64,000 nucleotides of DNA from a virus. Its lineage: Duplodnaviria; Caudoviricetes. The stretch covers positions 12,672 to 76,671 of IMG/VR virus record IMGVR_UViG_2910942425_000008. One strand, written 5' to 3'. Below, in pieces: positions 1 to 9,762 of the stretch. The position numbers and the translations under genes are program-made. Position 1 is the first letter of the stretch, and each line of letters starts with the position of its first letter. The notes under the pieces were generated by a model that was not told where the DNA came from, searched no databases, and was given only the letters and a program-made list of their open reading frames with translations.

Positions 1-232
1 AATCGTTTAATAACTCTTTATATCTTTTTTCGCAGGCATCTAAACCACAATAGTTTTCTAAATATGTAGCAAAAGCGGCAACCGCTTTGCCTTTCATTAC
101 ATTTGCACCTGAAAGGAAGCCGAGTTCAACAGGTCGGGCTATATTTGTATTTGGGAAGCCGACAGCTTTATTTGATTTTTCAGCATATTCTTTCGCTCGT
201 TTTTCGATTGAGGATAATTCTTTATTTGCCAT
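1..232 (-). CDS. Hypothetical protein, 3'-truncated by window edge
   Basis: ATG at 232 (MANKELSSIEKRAKEYAEK...), open to position 1; absent from ORF track because it has no stop. Confidence 0.6.
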   Translation of the reverse strand, partial: MANKELSSIEKRAKEYAEKSNKAVGFPNTNIARPVELGFLSGANVMKGKAVAAFATYLENYCGLDACEKRYKELLND

Positions 233-236
233 TATG

Positions 237-470
237 TTATTGTCTTATTTGTTTTAGTAATTTATTTAATCCACGCCCAGATATAACACCTTTACCTGTA
301 TGCCAACCCGAATAAGGAAATAACTTAACGGTATTGCCGTTAAACTCAAATCGTATTTCTGTATCATTCTCGAAGCTTATCTCATAACCTAATTTTTGAA
401 TTTGCTCTTTTGCATAAGCCATTCTTTTAGGTTCTAATTCTTTTTGTCGTTCTATATCTAATCGTGCCAT
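237..470 (-). CDS. Hypothetical phage protein
   Basis: 77 aa ORF tightly packed in a minus-strand run. Confidence 0.7.
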   Translation of the reverse strand: MARLDIERQKELEPKRMAYAKEQIQKLGYEISFENDTEIRFEFNGNTVKLFPYSGWHTGKGVISGRGLNKLLKQIRQ

Positions 471-474
471 ATTT

Positions 475-723
475 TTACAAATAATTTTCTCTTTTGCCCT
501 TTTCGGGATTCAATGATAATTGACCTTTGTTTAACAGGTGATAACCTACATTGAGGCTAAAACCGCCTTGACCTCTATTGCCTTTCTCGGTATAATACAC
601 ATACTGAATTGTATTCGTGTACTTATTGTATTTAGGTCTGAAAGAACCTATCTTTTGACTACCCTTTACCATGATATAGCCGTAAAGGGTAGGTTTGGTT
701 TGAAGTAGGTTGAATAGCGTCAT
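475..723 (-). CDS. Hypothetical phage protein
   Basis: ORF track 475..753; ATG at 723 (MTLFNLL) preferred as start. Confidence 0.6.
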   Translation of the reverse strand: MTLFNLLQTKPTLYGYIMVKGSQKIGSFRPKYNKYTNTIQYVYYTEKGNRGQGGFSLNVGYHLLNKGQLSLNPEKGKRENYL

Positions 724-892
724 GATTCTGATAATTTTACATATTGCAAACATGCAACGAACTCATTACTATCTCTAAAGGTTATGACTGCGACATTGCC
801 CGATCTAATTATTTTGCAAAAGTCACCTTTGTACGAATTGAGTTCTTCTAAAAACTCATCATAATTTGTGAAATGATAAATCTGTTTCATTA

Positions 893-1216
893 CTATATAT
901 TTATAATATTATAATTTGCTTTCTTGAAACAGCGATATTCTTGTACTTCTGTATCGAAGTATGTTTGTACTGTGTCGTTTGATTTTCTTTCGCCCTTTGT
1001 TTCAGGCAAAACAGATTCTTGAAGTGTGCCATAGGCTTCACGAGTCGAACCATCTACCTTTTTGAAGTAGAACTTCACAATTTTACTTTTCATAGCAATT
1101 TTCAGTTTTATATTAACCCAAGCTACCTTTAACGCTTCACTCATAGAAAAACCATTTCTACGCACAAATTGCCATGCGAGCGACATTACTGATCTTAATA
1201 CTTCTTTTGTTTTCAT
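893..1216 (-). CDS. SH3/WYL-like beta-barrel protein (DUF2693-like)
   Basis: AWQFVRRNGFSMSEALKVAW N-terminus, FYFKKVDGSTREAYGTL and YFDTE...RCFKK motifs. Confidence 0.7.
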   Translation of the reverse strand: MKTKEVLRSVMSLAWQFVRRNGFSMSEALKVAWVNIKLKIAMKSKIVKFYFKKVDGSTREAYGTLQESVLPETKGERKSNDTVQTYFDTEVQEYRCFKKANYNIINI

Positions 1217-1234
1217 TGTCGTGTGATTATATTG

Positions 1235-1438
1235 TTAGATTACTTCTACTGCTTCTACTTTATATGAATTAGCTATGTAACAGCCAGCTTCTTTATCATC
1301 TTGTTCGTAGACAGGTATCAATTCTAAAGCTTCGCTTTCAAATCTTAGAACTTCTGATACTTCATTGCCTGTGATTGTATCTACTACTACGAATCTTGTT
1401 TTTGTTGAACTTGCTATTCTCATATCTGTTGTTATCAA
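1235..1438 (-). CDS. Hypothetical protein
   Basis: 67 aa ORF, TTG start, in operon with the DUF2693-like gene. Confidence 0.6.
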   Translation of the reverse strand: MITTDMRIASSTKTRFVVVDTITGNEVSEVLRFESEALELIPVYEQDDKEAGCYIANSYKVEAVEVI

Positions 1439-1576
1439 TAATTCAAACTATGTTTTTATTTTCTTTATACAAATATCAATATATAATTTGAAATGCACAA
1501 ATATTTTTCAATAAATTTTCAAATTATTTTTTGATTTATTTATCAATACATATAGTTATAGTTTGAAAACAAGTAC

Positions 1577-1584
1577 TATATTTG
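1577..1584 (+). promoter_or_regulatory. Bacteroidota -7 promoter element
   Basis: TATATTTG matches TAnnTTTG, 22 bp upstream of the HTH gene. Confidence 0.6.
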
Positions 1585-1586
1585 CA

Positions 1587-1602
1587 TCAAACTATAGTTT
1601 GA
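1587..1602. promoter_or_regulatory. 16-bp perfect palindrome, likely operator
   Basis: TCAAACTATAGTTTGA; TATAGTTTGAAAA repeated at 1557-1569 and 1593-1605; half-site TTCAAACTA at 1442-1450. Confidence 0.65.
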
Positions 1603-1606
1603 AAAT

Positions 1607-1882
1607 ATGTTATTAGAAAGAGTAAAATCAATCTGCGACGAAAAAGGCATAACGCTAAAGATTCTCGCAGAGAAAAGGATGAATATAACCTATCAGGCGT
1701 TATACGCTGCGTTATCAGGAAACCCCACCATAGGAAAGGTGAAAGATATTGCCAACGCTCTTGGAGTTGATTATATAGAGCTTCTTGAAGAAAGATCAGA
1801 AGTGAAAATATTAATCGAATATCAGGGAGAAACCAAACGTATAACCGAAACTGATTTAATTAAACTTTTTAATGAGAAATAA
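1607..1882 (+). CDS. Cro/C1-type HTH regulator
   Basis: RVKSICDEKGITLKILAEK...GNPTIGKVKDIANALGV. Confidence 0.85.
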   Translation: MLLERVKSICDEKGITLKILAEKRMNITYQALYAALSGNPTIGKVKDIANALGVDYIELLEERSEVKILIEYQGETKRITETDLIKLFNEK

Positions 1883-1884
1883 AT

Positions 1885-2100
1885 ATGAATACGAAAGAGT
1901 TTTTCAAAGAAGCAATTATTCAAAAACTAGAAAATGAATATAAAGGTGTTACTCGTTATGCTAACATATATAACATGTATAGTAAAGATTTTACGGTATC
2001 CCAAACTATATTCATTGAAGCTTTAAATGAATTGGAGACAGAAGGTAAAATAATAGTTTCCCAAAATCGAAATTTCATTGAACTCCCAAATAGAAGATAG
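1885..2100 (+). CDS. Hypothetical protein (possibly winged helix)
   Basis: 71 aa, EALNELETEGKI pattern. Confidence 0.65.
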   Translation: MNTKEFFKEAIIQKLENEYKGVTRYANIYNMYSKDFTVSQTIFIEALNELETEGKIIVSQNRNFIELPNRR

Positions 2101-2109
2101 CCAATAACC

Positions 2110-2499
2110 ATGACCGAATTAGAACAATATCAAAAAACGACTGAACTCCTGAATATGCAGGGAGAAAAGCCAACCGATGAACAGGTACAGGAGACAATCT
2201 CAATCATTAACGATAGATTGGCGTATAAACCTATCAACCGGCACGTAAATGCAGCCGTAAAAGAGGGCTATTTGAAAGCAGTCGAAATACTCGAAAGCAA
2301 AGAAGTCGATTTCAATAAAGTGGATGCTTCAGGCCTCAAAACTGTGCAAGGTCGTGCGATTGCTTCCCTCGCTTGTGATTATTTAGTGGGGTTATGCGCT
2401 AAAAATACGCTCCTTATGGTCCCGCTCAAAGATGAAACTTGGGGCAAGCATAAGAGAGAATTAGAAGATAAGTTAGGAATAAAGGAGGTTGAGTTATGA
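2110..2499 (+). CDS. Hypothetical protein
   Basis: 129 aa ORF in plus-strand operon. Confidence 0.7.
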   Translation: MTELEQYQKTTELLNMQGEKPTDEQVQETISIINDRLAYKPINRHVNAAVKEGYLKAVEILESKEVDFNKVDASGLKTVQGRAIASLACDYLVGLCAKNTLLMVPLKDETWGKHKRELEDKLGIKEVEL

Positions 2500-2645
2500 G
2501 CATCCAAGAAGAAATAATAGAATTACGGGCGACTATTGAGCAGTTCGCCAAAGCTAATAATTTGACTATTGATGAAGCTTGCAAATTGTTACTAATGAAA
2601 GGCAAAGACGTGCAAAATGAAGTGAAAGAGCAGACAGACCTATAA
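2496..2645 (+). CDS. Small hypothetical protein (49 aa)
   Basis: MSIQEEIIELRATIEQFAK...; ATGA overlap with the upstream stop. Confidence 0.55.
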   Translation: MSIQEEIIELRATIEQFAKANNLTIDEACKLLLMKGKDVQNEVKEQTDL

Positions 2646-3563
2646 TTCTATCACTGGCATCTCCGGTTGTTTAGGTACATAGCTCTCATCTTCCAATATC
2701 CTATCAAATTCTTCATCAGAGCATAATATAGGGATGGTAACACACATGCACATGACGTGAAATCCGCTAAACTTAAACGTCTTAGGAAATACAAGACCAT
2801 TCATAGCCGTACATATTGGACATATTGTGGCAACTCTATTTGAATTTTGAATGCGATAGCCTATAACAGCGGGGTTTTGCTGAAATCTTAGATACTCCGC
2901 CTCCCTGTAAGCCCTATTAATTTCATTTCTTGCGAGACGAAGGGCATTTTGATAGGAAGATCGGTAGACTCCACGCCCCGGATTAAATTTCAAATCCTTT
3001 GGAGAAACTCTTAAATCTCCGAATTTATCTCTAACACGTCTAATCCGTGAATTTGAATCTAACAGATATTTTTTAATGTCTTTCGCTAAAGACTTCGCAG
3101 ACTGGCCATTGCTAACAGCCGCATTCAAAGCAGATTCAAGTTCATTTCTCAAATTAGCGTTTGAGTTCCACACCCTATCAGATAGGGTCAAGCCTTTAAT
3201 TTTGCTTTCTCTGAAAGTTTTTAAAGCTTTTCCGTTGTGTGGTTTAAAAGCCCTTGGAGTTACTTTATTTCTTTTACCGAATACTTGATCTACCAAAGTA
3301 TCGTTCTTCTCATTTGACAAAGCCCAGACCTCCGTAGTGCGATTGTTTACATACAAGAATAACCGGACATTGACTTTATTAATCAAATCATCTGCTTTCT
3401 TTTTTATTGCAGGGTGATTTTTGAATAAGAAGTATTCTTTATCGGAAATACCGGCTAAAGATGCAGCAACGACAAGATCATCTACTAAATTGCCATAGAT
3501 ATTTTCGAGGTCTTTTAGTATTCGGAGTTGAGTTTCTTTATATTTTTTGTCGTATTTGTTCAT
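2640..3563 (-). CDS. Minor head / head morphogenesis protein (SPP1 gp7 / MuF family)
   Basis: RLARNEINRAY...CPIC...FHVMCMC motifs; downstream of portal. Confidence 0.8.
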   Translation of the reverse strand: MNKYDKKYKETQLRILKDLENIYGNLVDDLVVAASLAGISDKEYFLFKNHPAIKKKADDLINKVNVRLFLYVNNRTTEVWALSNEKNDTLVDQVFGKRNKVTPRAFKPHNGKALKTFRESKIKGLTLSDRVWNSNANLRNELESALNAAVSNGQSAKSLAKDIKKYLLDSNSRIRRVRDKFGDLRVSPKDLKFNPGRGVYRSSYQNALRLARNEINRAYREAEYLRFQQNPAVIGYRIQNSNRVATICPICTAMNGLVFPKTFKFSGFHVMCMCVTIPILCSDEEFDRILEDESYVPKQPEMPVIEL

Positions 3564-4030
3564 ATATTACAGAAGAAAATATCTTTATTATAGAAATCTC
3601 GAAAGCTGAATAATCCGTACACCTTTGGGTAATAAGACTTCAATTCAGTCCAGTCATAGAGATAAAAAGGTTCATCGAGTAAACTATCGCAAACCTCTAT
3701 CGTTTGCCCTGAACGCCCACCGTTATGCATCTTGATACCTATCATGTGGTTTTTTTCCCTTGTTGCTTGAATCGAAATAAGAGCAGGCCAGTAAAGAACG
3801 TTACTTTCAAATTTTATATCTATTTTCGGGAGTGAAACGAGTTTCCCTGTATATTTTAGTGTATCAATCCAAAAGGAGTGACCATCTTGAAATAACCAGT
3901 TCGTAATTTGACCAATATTGTTGCCAGCTTTGCTTAGCTCTAATCGTTCGTCCGTTACGAAGTTTTCTAAATTAATAACATTTGCAACTGAGTACAGTCC
4001 ACAACCATAACCTCTTTCTTGTGTTAGCAT
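3560..4030 (-). CDS. Hypothetical protein, possible papain/C39-like cysteine peptidase
   Basis: Q-x5-CG at N-terminus (QERGYGCGLYSVAN), then H (NHMIGI) and D (VCDS). Confidence 0.5.
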   Translation of the reverse strand: MLTQERGYGCGLYSVANVINLENFVTDERLELSKAGNNIGQITNWLFQDGHSFWIDTLKYTGKLVSLPKIDIKFESNVLYWPALISIQATREKNHMIGIKMHNGGRSGQTIEVCDSLLDEPFYLYDWTELKSYYPKVYGLFSFRDFYNKDIFFCNI

Positions 4031-4197
4031 TGTTTTTCGAATAAAGTTTTAAAGAATACTTTCACCCACATACATGACGCTTTAGTAAACACTTTTACCC
4101 ACAACCAAGCAATATACCATTTGCGAGGCTGAATATTTACAGATAATCTACTACCTATTGAGGGAGCTTGTGATATTTTGAATTTAAGTAGGTTCAT
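4024..4197 (-). CDS. Small hypothetical protein (57 aa)
   Basis: MNLLKFKISQAPSIGSRL...; stop overlaps the next start. Confidence 0.45.
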   Translation of the reverse strand: MNLLKFKISQAPSIGSRLSVNIQPRKWYIAWLWVKVFTKASCMWVKVFFKTLFEKQC

Positions 4198-4288
4198 AAT
4201 TAAATAGACTTCCGTTTACCGCTTTTGTATCTTCTCGTTGGTCTATTCTCTCTGTGATATAGAGAGCGGAGGAAATTTAGGATTGCTT

Positions 4289-4492
4289 TCATTTGTTATC
4301 TTTTTTTATTCTTTCATTAAATCTCATTACCAACTCACCGACCAATAAATCATAGTCGCTATCAGGTTTTGCAGGGATATGCCTTGTGGGTATTTCCCTC
4401 TTTTGGAACATTTCATCTGTCATTTTATCTACCTTTTCGAGTAGTTCTTCATCTGACAGCTTGCATAATCTAAATGATACAATTGAGTTCAT
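4289..4492 (-). CDS. Hypothetical phage protein
   Basis: 67 aa ORF. Confidence 0.65.
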   Translation of the reverse strand: MNSIVSFRLCKLSDEELLEKVDKMTDEMFQKREIPTRHIPAKPDSDYDLLVGELVMRFNERIKKDNK

Positions 4493-4667
4493 GTTGGTTC
4501 AATTTATGGTTCAAAATTCAATACAAAAGATTTAGGTATAAGCATAAATAGCTCCGTTTCACTCAACCCTCTATTCTGTTCTCTCTGTATGGATGTAGTT
4601 ATTACAATCCATAATGATATTATGCAAATTGCATAGAAAATATATTCATTTATTTTTTTACCTTTTT

Positions 4668-6158
4668 TCATTCTTCATTTCCTCCTATCGGATAATTACT
4701 ATACTCATTTTTCTTTGCTTCATCGGCTTCGATTGCATCAATTTCCGTTTCAATATCATCTTCTTCTACTAGTCCGGCAAGGATAATACCAGTCTTTCTT
4801 GATGCGATACCAGAACCCACCGCATCAGATGCATCTTTTATTTTTTCTGACACGGAATCAATCATATAAGGCACAATCTGTACATCTATATCTATTGTTT
4901 CGGCTGCATCAGCATACGCAGTATTAACCGAACCGATAGCAGACACAAGGAAGTTATACCTACGTTGCAAATGTTCGCCTAAAGTTTCAGCGTGCATCTC
5001 TACGGCCATGTGAGCCCCCATAAATGCATATTTGAAGCTCACCCCGGAGAAAGCATTACCTAAGCCTTGCAAGTTCTCGAAACTGATACGAGGCGTATTT
5101 GTAAGCGAATAGACTCTTTCTGTCAACGTATCTATCTCCAACTTTGCAGCTTCAGGTGTTTGCTGCCAGGACAGATATTTAAGATCGCCACCGTTCTCGA
5201 CTTTAACCATACCTCCCCGTGCTGCTTTTGGATTGTTGCCTGTCACTTCACCGATAGCGACCAATTTCGGGAAGAAATTATAATCAATACAATCACCATA
5301 GTTCGATAAAATAGTCTCAAGACGATTTCGGATAGGGCGTATTTTTGCACATAGCGATTCAGGTCGTGGACTGTATATTGTTGGATTTTTAGGAAAGTTA
5401 TGTCTGAAAGGATGTTTATCCGCATCTTTCCAATCTGCACCATTTTGCACCCACAAATAAACATGCATATCATCTACGAATTGAAAATAATTAACGACAG
5501 TGCCGTCAGTCTGTTTTACCTTGTATTCGCGCCCCAACCCCTTGTAATCATTCACATCATCAAAAAACGGATAAAGCACATCTCCGCGAAAAGGAGACCA
5601 AATAGCACACTTAAATTTGCGGGTAGCATTAGCCTTAACTCCAAAAGCTGATTTTACTTTATTCAGAATAAGTTTCCAGAAGCTTTTATCTTCAACTGTA
5701 TACCAATACTCTGCAACTTCTGTTTCTGCCAACCAAGATCGGACAATGCGTTTATTGTGATACTTAATTTTATTTTTGCGATCGATAGTCTTAACCACTT
5801 TGAAAAGCTCTTTCTCTTTATCATCGTCAGTTTCACAGGTCAAGTTAGGCTCTGTACCGACAGTAAAGGCAGTATGAATATTGACTATATCCTGTTCGAG
5901 TGGTAACGGAATACGATTAACCGGTTCTTCTTTGGTTACAGCAATCTTTATAATCTTATTCGTTAATGGATCTCTTTCTTCCGGCTTGATAACTTTTATT
6001 TCATCAGGGCGTTTTTCCTTATCCATAACATCATGAAGCATCGGATCCCAATCTTTACGGAGTTGATCTACATCAGGCAAAGGCGTTTTTCTAGCCTGCT
6101 TGATTAGCTTTATCTTTTCGGATATATTTTCTTGAGCTAATATTTCTTGTAATGTCAT
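4668..6158 (-). CDS. Portal protein, SPP1 gp6-like
   Basis: 496 aa directly after terminase; NRIPLPLEQDIVNIHTAFTVG, DLKYLSW, acidic C-terminus. Confidence 0.9.
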   Translation of the reverse strand: MTLQEILAQENISEKIKLIKQARKTPLPDVDQLRKDWDPMLHDVMDKEKRPDEIKVIKPEERDPLTNKIIKIAVTKEEPVNRIPLPLEQDIVNIHTAFTVGTEPNLTCETDDDKEKELFKVVKTIDRKNKIKYHNKRIVRSWLAETEVAEYWYTVEDKSFWKLILNKVKSAFGVKANATRKFKCAIWSPFRGDVLYPFFDDVNDYKGLGREYKVKQTDGTVVNYFQFVDDMHVYLWVQNGADWKDADKHPFRHNFPKNPTIYSPRPESLCAKIRPIRNRLETILSNYGDCIDYNFFPKLVAIGEVTGNNPKAARGGMVKVENGGDLKYLSWQQTPEAAKLEIDTLTERVYSLTNTPRISFENLQGLGNAFSGVSFKYAFMGAHMAVEMHAETLGEHLQRRYNFLVSAIGSVNTAYADAAETIDIDVQIVPYMIDSVSEKIKDASDAVGSGIASRKTGIILAGLVEEDDIETEIDAIEADEAKKNEYSNYPIGGNEE

Positions 6159-6169
6159 ACAACTTTATT

Positions 6170-7345
6170 TTAATGAAACACCCCCGATAAATCGAATGAC
6201 TTCCTATTTCTACCTAATATTTCCGAAAGAACAACATACCTACTCGCATCTATCCCATGATTATATGCATCAATAGGTTCATTCAACCATCTCTCGTCTT
6301 TATCTTGAAGGTATGTGTAGTTCTTAAACTCTTTAATCAGATTCACAGACCGTTTCGTTACCTTTATATTCAATTCGAGCATCTTGTTTATTCCTGCCAT
6401 AATAGAACCTTTGAATTTTTCGACAGGATAAATATTAATACCTGCATTTTTAACCTCCTGTATCAGGCGGGGATCTGCGCTTTCTGATATTACTTTTAGT
6501 CCACTATACGGCTTTAGTTCTTTAACAATATCGGCAGATAGCATTTGTGTCCGATAAAATAATTCATCCAAATACAAAGTGTTATCCAATAGGGAAACAT
6601 CAATTCCCGTTGACGGGTCATTGGTATAACCAAAATCCAATCCTATCCACCTCTTCTTTACCCATTGCGGCACTTCGTCTACAATCTCAATATCCTTAAA
6701 TATAAGCCCCTCAATTTGCGCTTGTAATCCTAATCCATATATCTGCCAGAGAGATTTATTTTTATGCTGTAAGCTCTCTATTTCGTCTATGATAGTTTTC
6801 TCCAAAAAAGGATTGTCTTTATATGTAGAAATGAAATGAAATGTTTTTTCTTCTTTATTTAGGTCACATAGCCAATGGTCATCGCTAAAGGAAGGATTAT
6901 AGTCAACAATGGCAAACTTTGTTGTACGCATCTTGAGTTGTTGCCATTCTATGAAAAGAAGCTCGTTAGCCTCATTCACATATAAAATATCTCTTTTACG
7001 CCCTCTCAATTTTTGCTCTGAATCGGTTGAGAAAAATTCAATCCAAGATCCATTAGGGAGAGTGTAAATCATCTCCGTTTTATTCAAACACCCGGAGTCA
7101 AAAATCCCCATATTATATAATATCTCTTTGAAGTCGACAAATACAGATCCCTTTATAGCAGGGAGGGTTGCACGTACAATAGACAGACGTGTAAATGGAT
7201 GTTTAAGGCAATAATTTATAAGCCAAATCAGTATATTATACGTCTTGGAGCTTCGACTACTACCTTGAGCTGAAACAACATTGAATCCATCCTTTATAGC
7301 TTCGTCAACCTTACTGTATATCGGTGTTGTCTGAATCTTTGGCAT
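6170..7345 (-). CDS. Terminase large subunit (PBSX family)
   Basis: Walker A QGSSRSSKT, Walker B LYVNEANE, GLDFGYTNDP, NHGIDASRY. Confidence 0.95.
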   Translation of the reverse strand: MPKIQTTPIYSKVDEAIKDGFNVVSAQGSSRSSKTYNILIWLINYCLKHPFTRLSIVRATLPAIKGSVFVDFKEILYNMGIFDSGCLNKTEMIYTLPNGSWIEFFSTDSEQKLRGRKRDILYVNEANELLFIEWQQLKMRTTKFAIVDYNPSFSDDHWLCDLNKEEKTFHFISTYKDNPFLEKTIIDEIESLQHKNKSLWQIYGLGLQAQIEGLIFKDIEIVDEVPQWVKKRWIGLDFGYTNDPSTGIDVSLLDNTLYLDELFYRTQMLSADIVKELKPYSGLKVISESADPRLIQEVKNAGINIYPVEKFKGSIMAGINKMLELNIKVTKRSVNLIKEFKNYTYLQDKDERWLNEPIDAYNHGIDASRYVVLSEILGRNRKSFDLSGVFH

Positions 7346-7838
7346 CTACTTTATCTCTACTGTCTATTACTTCAATGATTATAGGATCGGTCTTAAAATC
7401 TTTTCCATTTGTTGTTATATCTACCTTCTCTGTTTGTTTGTTCCATTGTTCAGGCTTCCTGTTTTTAAGCCAGAATATCATAGAAGTAGGGTCAGGGGGG
7501 AGTTCTTGGTCTAATTCTACAATTTCAACCCTCTCTGTCTCGAACCTCTTACCTTCTTCTGTATATGTTACCTCTTTAACCTTGAAAGCTTGCTGCGTTT
7601 TTATTTTCATGCCAATCGCCCGTCGATAAAGGGTACTTTCTACAATTACATCAAGCGGAGCACGTCCCTTTTTTAATGCTTCGGATAATTCGGTAATACG
7701 ACCCTTTAATTCAGAGAAATAAGTTTCATTATATCCGATATTGGCGGCAATCTGCTTGTCGTCTAACCCATCTCTCGCCCATCCTTCGATACGGAGAATG
7801 TTTTGTTTATCAGTAAAATCAAACTTAACTTTTGCCAT
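7311..7838 (-). CDS. Terminase small subunit
   Basis: N-terminal HTH (GWARDGLDDKQIAANIG), AIG...PPDPTSMIFWLKNRKPEQW. Confidence 0.85.
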   Translation of the reverse strand: MAKVKFDFTDKQNILRIEGWARDGLDDKQIAANIGYNETYFSELKGRITELSEALKKGRAPLDVIVESTLYRRAIGMKIKTQQAFKVKEVTYTEEGKRFETERVEIVELDQELPPDPTSMIFWLKNRKPEQWNKQTEKVDITTNGKDFKTDPIIIEVIDSRDKVDAKDSDNTDIQ

Positions 7839-7883
7839 TGCTCAACTCTCTATCATGTTTTCAAATAATTCACCTTTCACAAA

Positions 7884-8582
7884 CTACCCTATTCTTTCCA
7901 CCATATTAGCAAATTCTTCTCCTTGGATAAATTTGGAATCTTGAGTAAACCCAAATCTTTGAAGAAACGATTCTTTTGCTTTTGTGTTTTTAAACACTAA
8001 GGATACGTATGTCTCATGATTGTCTACCATTTCATTTGATTGCTTACGAACTTCCGCCTTTACATTCTTAACATGATCTTTCATCTCTTCATATGGCTTA
8101 GATAACTCTTGAAAATCTGCAACGATATCATTTTGCACATCGAACGATATATCAATACCGATGATACTTAAATCTTGTTCTGTTAATCCCGCATTTTTGT
8201 AGTCTATATCTGGAATAATAGACGCCAGTATATCGTAATCCCAACTACCCATTGCATTTGGGTTATTGAAAAATATATTCAACTCTTTCTCAGTTTTCTC
8301 ATCAACCTCTATGAGCTCTACTTTTATCTTGTAGTCGTTTTCGGGGAAGTTATTCAGTTCATCAAGAATACTTACTTTTTGGTGCCCGGAAACAAGTGTA
8401 TTGCTTGTTGTCTTATTTACGACAAGCCCCCCGACGACACCATATTTCTTTAAGCTACCTTTTAATTGCTTTCTTGCCTCATTTGATATTTTGCGTGGAT
8501 TATATCCTGCAAGTTGAATCTCGGAGCGATATAATTCAACTGTTTCAGACTTGAAGTATTTATTTAATTCGTCCTCTTTCAT
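7884..8582 (-). CDS. ParB/Sulfiredoxin-domain protein
   Basis: YNPRKIS...LKGSLKKYG...LVSGHQK. Confidence 0.85.
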   Translation of the reverse strand: MKEDELNKYFKSETVELYRSEIQLAGYNPRKISNEARKQLKGSLKKYGVVGGLVVNKTTSNTLVSGHQKVSILDELNNFPENDYKIKVELIEVDEKTEKELNIFFNNPNAMGSWDYDILASIIPDIDYKNAGLTEQDLSIIGIDISFDVQNDIVADFQELSKPYEEMKDHVKNVKAEVRKQSNEMVDNHETYVSLVFKNTKAKESFLQRFGFTQDSKFIQGEEFANMVERIG

Positions 8583-9273
8583 CGTTTTGGCTTCTTAGTG
8601 ATTGTTGGTAATCGTATAGTATTTTTTCGCTTAACGGGAAAGCGGAAAGTATTTTCTGTAAATCTTGAGGATAATTATCTTTCAAAAAAAGATACACCTT
8701 TAGGTCAAACCATAGTCCGTTGCCTGCCTCTTTAGAATATTGTATCGGTTCAGGCAAGTTTCTTGATTTCAAATAAGCTAACACCTCTTTCTTTTTCCAT
8801 AAAGACAATGGGTATACATTCTTTGTTTTATTATTTATAGCCTGTAGATCGTAATCATCCCCACGGAGCATAAGCCTTCTATTGAGACTATCTGCTTGCT
8901 TCATGCCATAGAAACACCATTCGATGCCAGTTTTGACACGAACACGTTCTACAATGTCTTTAAGCAACAATAATTTTATTTTAGGATCAGGCTTGCAGTA
9001 TAAGCCTATTTTTAATACCCTTGACATATTCCAATGTGGGACTTCAATGAAAGAAACATTTGGGTATTTTACTTTTGAGTAGTTTATAAAGCGGTCAATA
9101 TGGCTAAGCCCTTTTACGAAATACATATAAACGCACATCACCTCTTTGAAATGTGGTGCAATCAAATCCAACATCGCTATTGAATCTTTACCACAAGAGT
9201 AAAAAAGTAAAATGCGGTCGGTCTTTTGACTAACCGCTTTTACAACTTGTTCTGTATGCGTTAGAACATTCAT
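8560..9273 (-). CDS. PAPS-reductase-like PP-loop protein
   Basis: LLFYSCGKDS PP-loop, GMKQADSLNRR, YPLSLW. Confidence 0.85.
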   Translation of the reverse strand: MNVLTHTEQVVKAVSQKTDRILLFYSCGKDSIAMLDLIAPHFKEVMCVYMYFVKGLSHIDRFINYSKVKYPNVSFIEVPHWNMSRVLKIGLYCKPDPKIKLLLLKDIVERVRVKTGIEWCFYGMKQADSLNRRLMLRGDDYDLQAINNKTKNVYPLSLWKKKEVLAYLKSRNLPEPIQYSKEAGNGLWFDLKVYLFLKDNYPQDLQKILSAFPLSEKILYDYQQSLRSQNDERGRIK

Positions 9274-9365
9274 TTTGCGCCAAAGAGCTTATTGTAGTCT
9301 CTTTGTTGCTGCGTCCTACTTTGAATACGCCCGTCAGCACCTCGTCTTGATCCAATTCTTGCCAT
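9270..9365 (-). CDS. 31-aa Arg/Gly/Gln-rich peptide
   Basis: MARIGSRRGADGRIQSRTQQQRDYNKLFGAK; ATGA overlap with the PP-loop gene. Confidence 0.6.
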   Translation of the reverse strand: MARIGSRRGADGRIQSRTQQQRDYNKLFGAK

Positions 9366-9369
9366 ATGT

Positions 9370-9762
9370 TTAACAATTAGTTTTATTTAATATTTTACCT
9401 AAAGAATATTCTATTTCTGAATAAATATACTCTTTACCATCAAGTTCATATGTCAAATCTTTACCATCGTCATCAGTCAACATGTACACCATAGCGTCTT
9501 TCACTTCAATTAACATACTCCGCCTATCGGTTTCATAACCATGATAGAATTGAATAGCATCATATTTCACAGGCACGACCTCGTAATCTACGTCATCGGG
9601 CACCAGATTTTCGCTTTTGTAAGTTTTGCCGTTAACATCTACACATATTGCGTATTTGCTGAAACTCGCATTTGGGCGAATTTCTCTAACTTCACTTTTC
9701 TGTTCGCCTGACAATATACTATCAAACGTTTCTTTTCTTAAAACAAGTTGTAATACTTTCAT
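9370..9762 (-). CDS. ASCH/PUA-like protein
   Basis: MKVLQLVLRKETFDSILSGEQKSEVRE; start 9762 preferred over 9795. Confidence 0.75.
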   Translation of the reverse strand: MKVLQLVLRKETFDSILSGEQKSEVREIRPNASFSKYAICVDVNGKTYKSENLVPDDVDYEVVPVKYDAIQFYHGYETDRRSMLIEVKDAMVYMLTDDDGKDLTYELDGKEYIYSEIEYSLGKILNKTNC

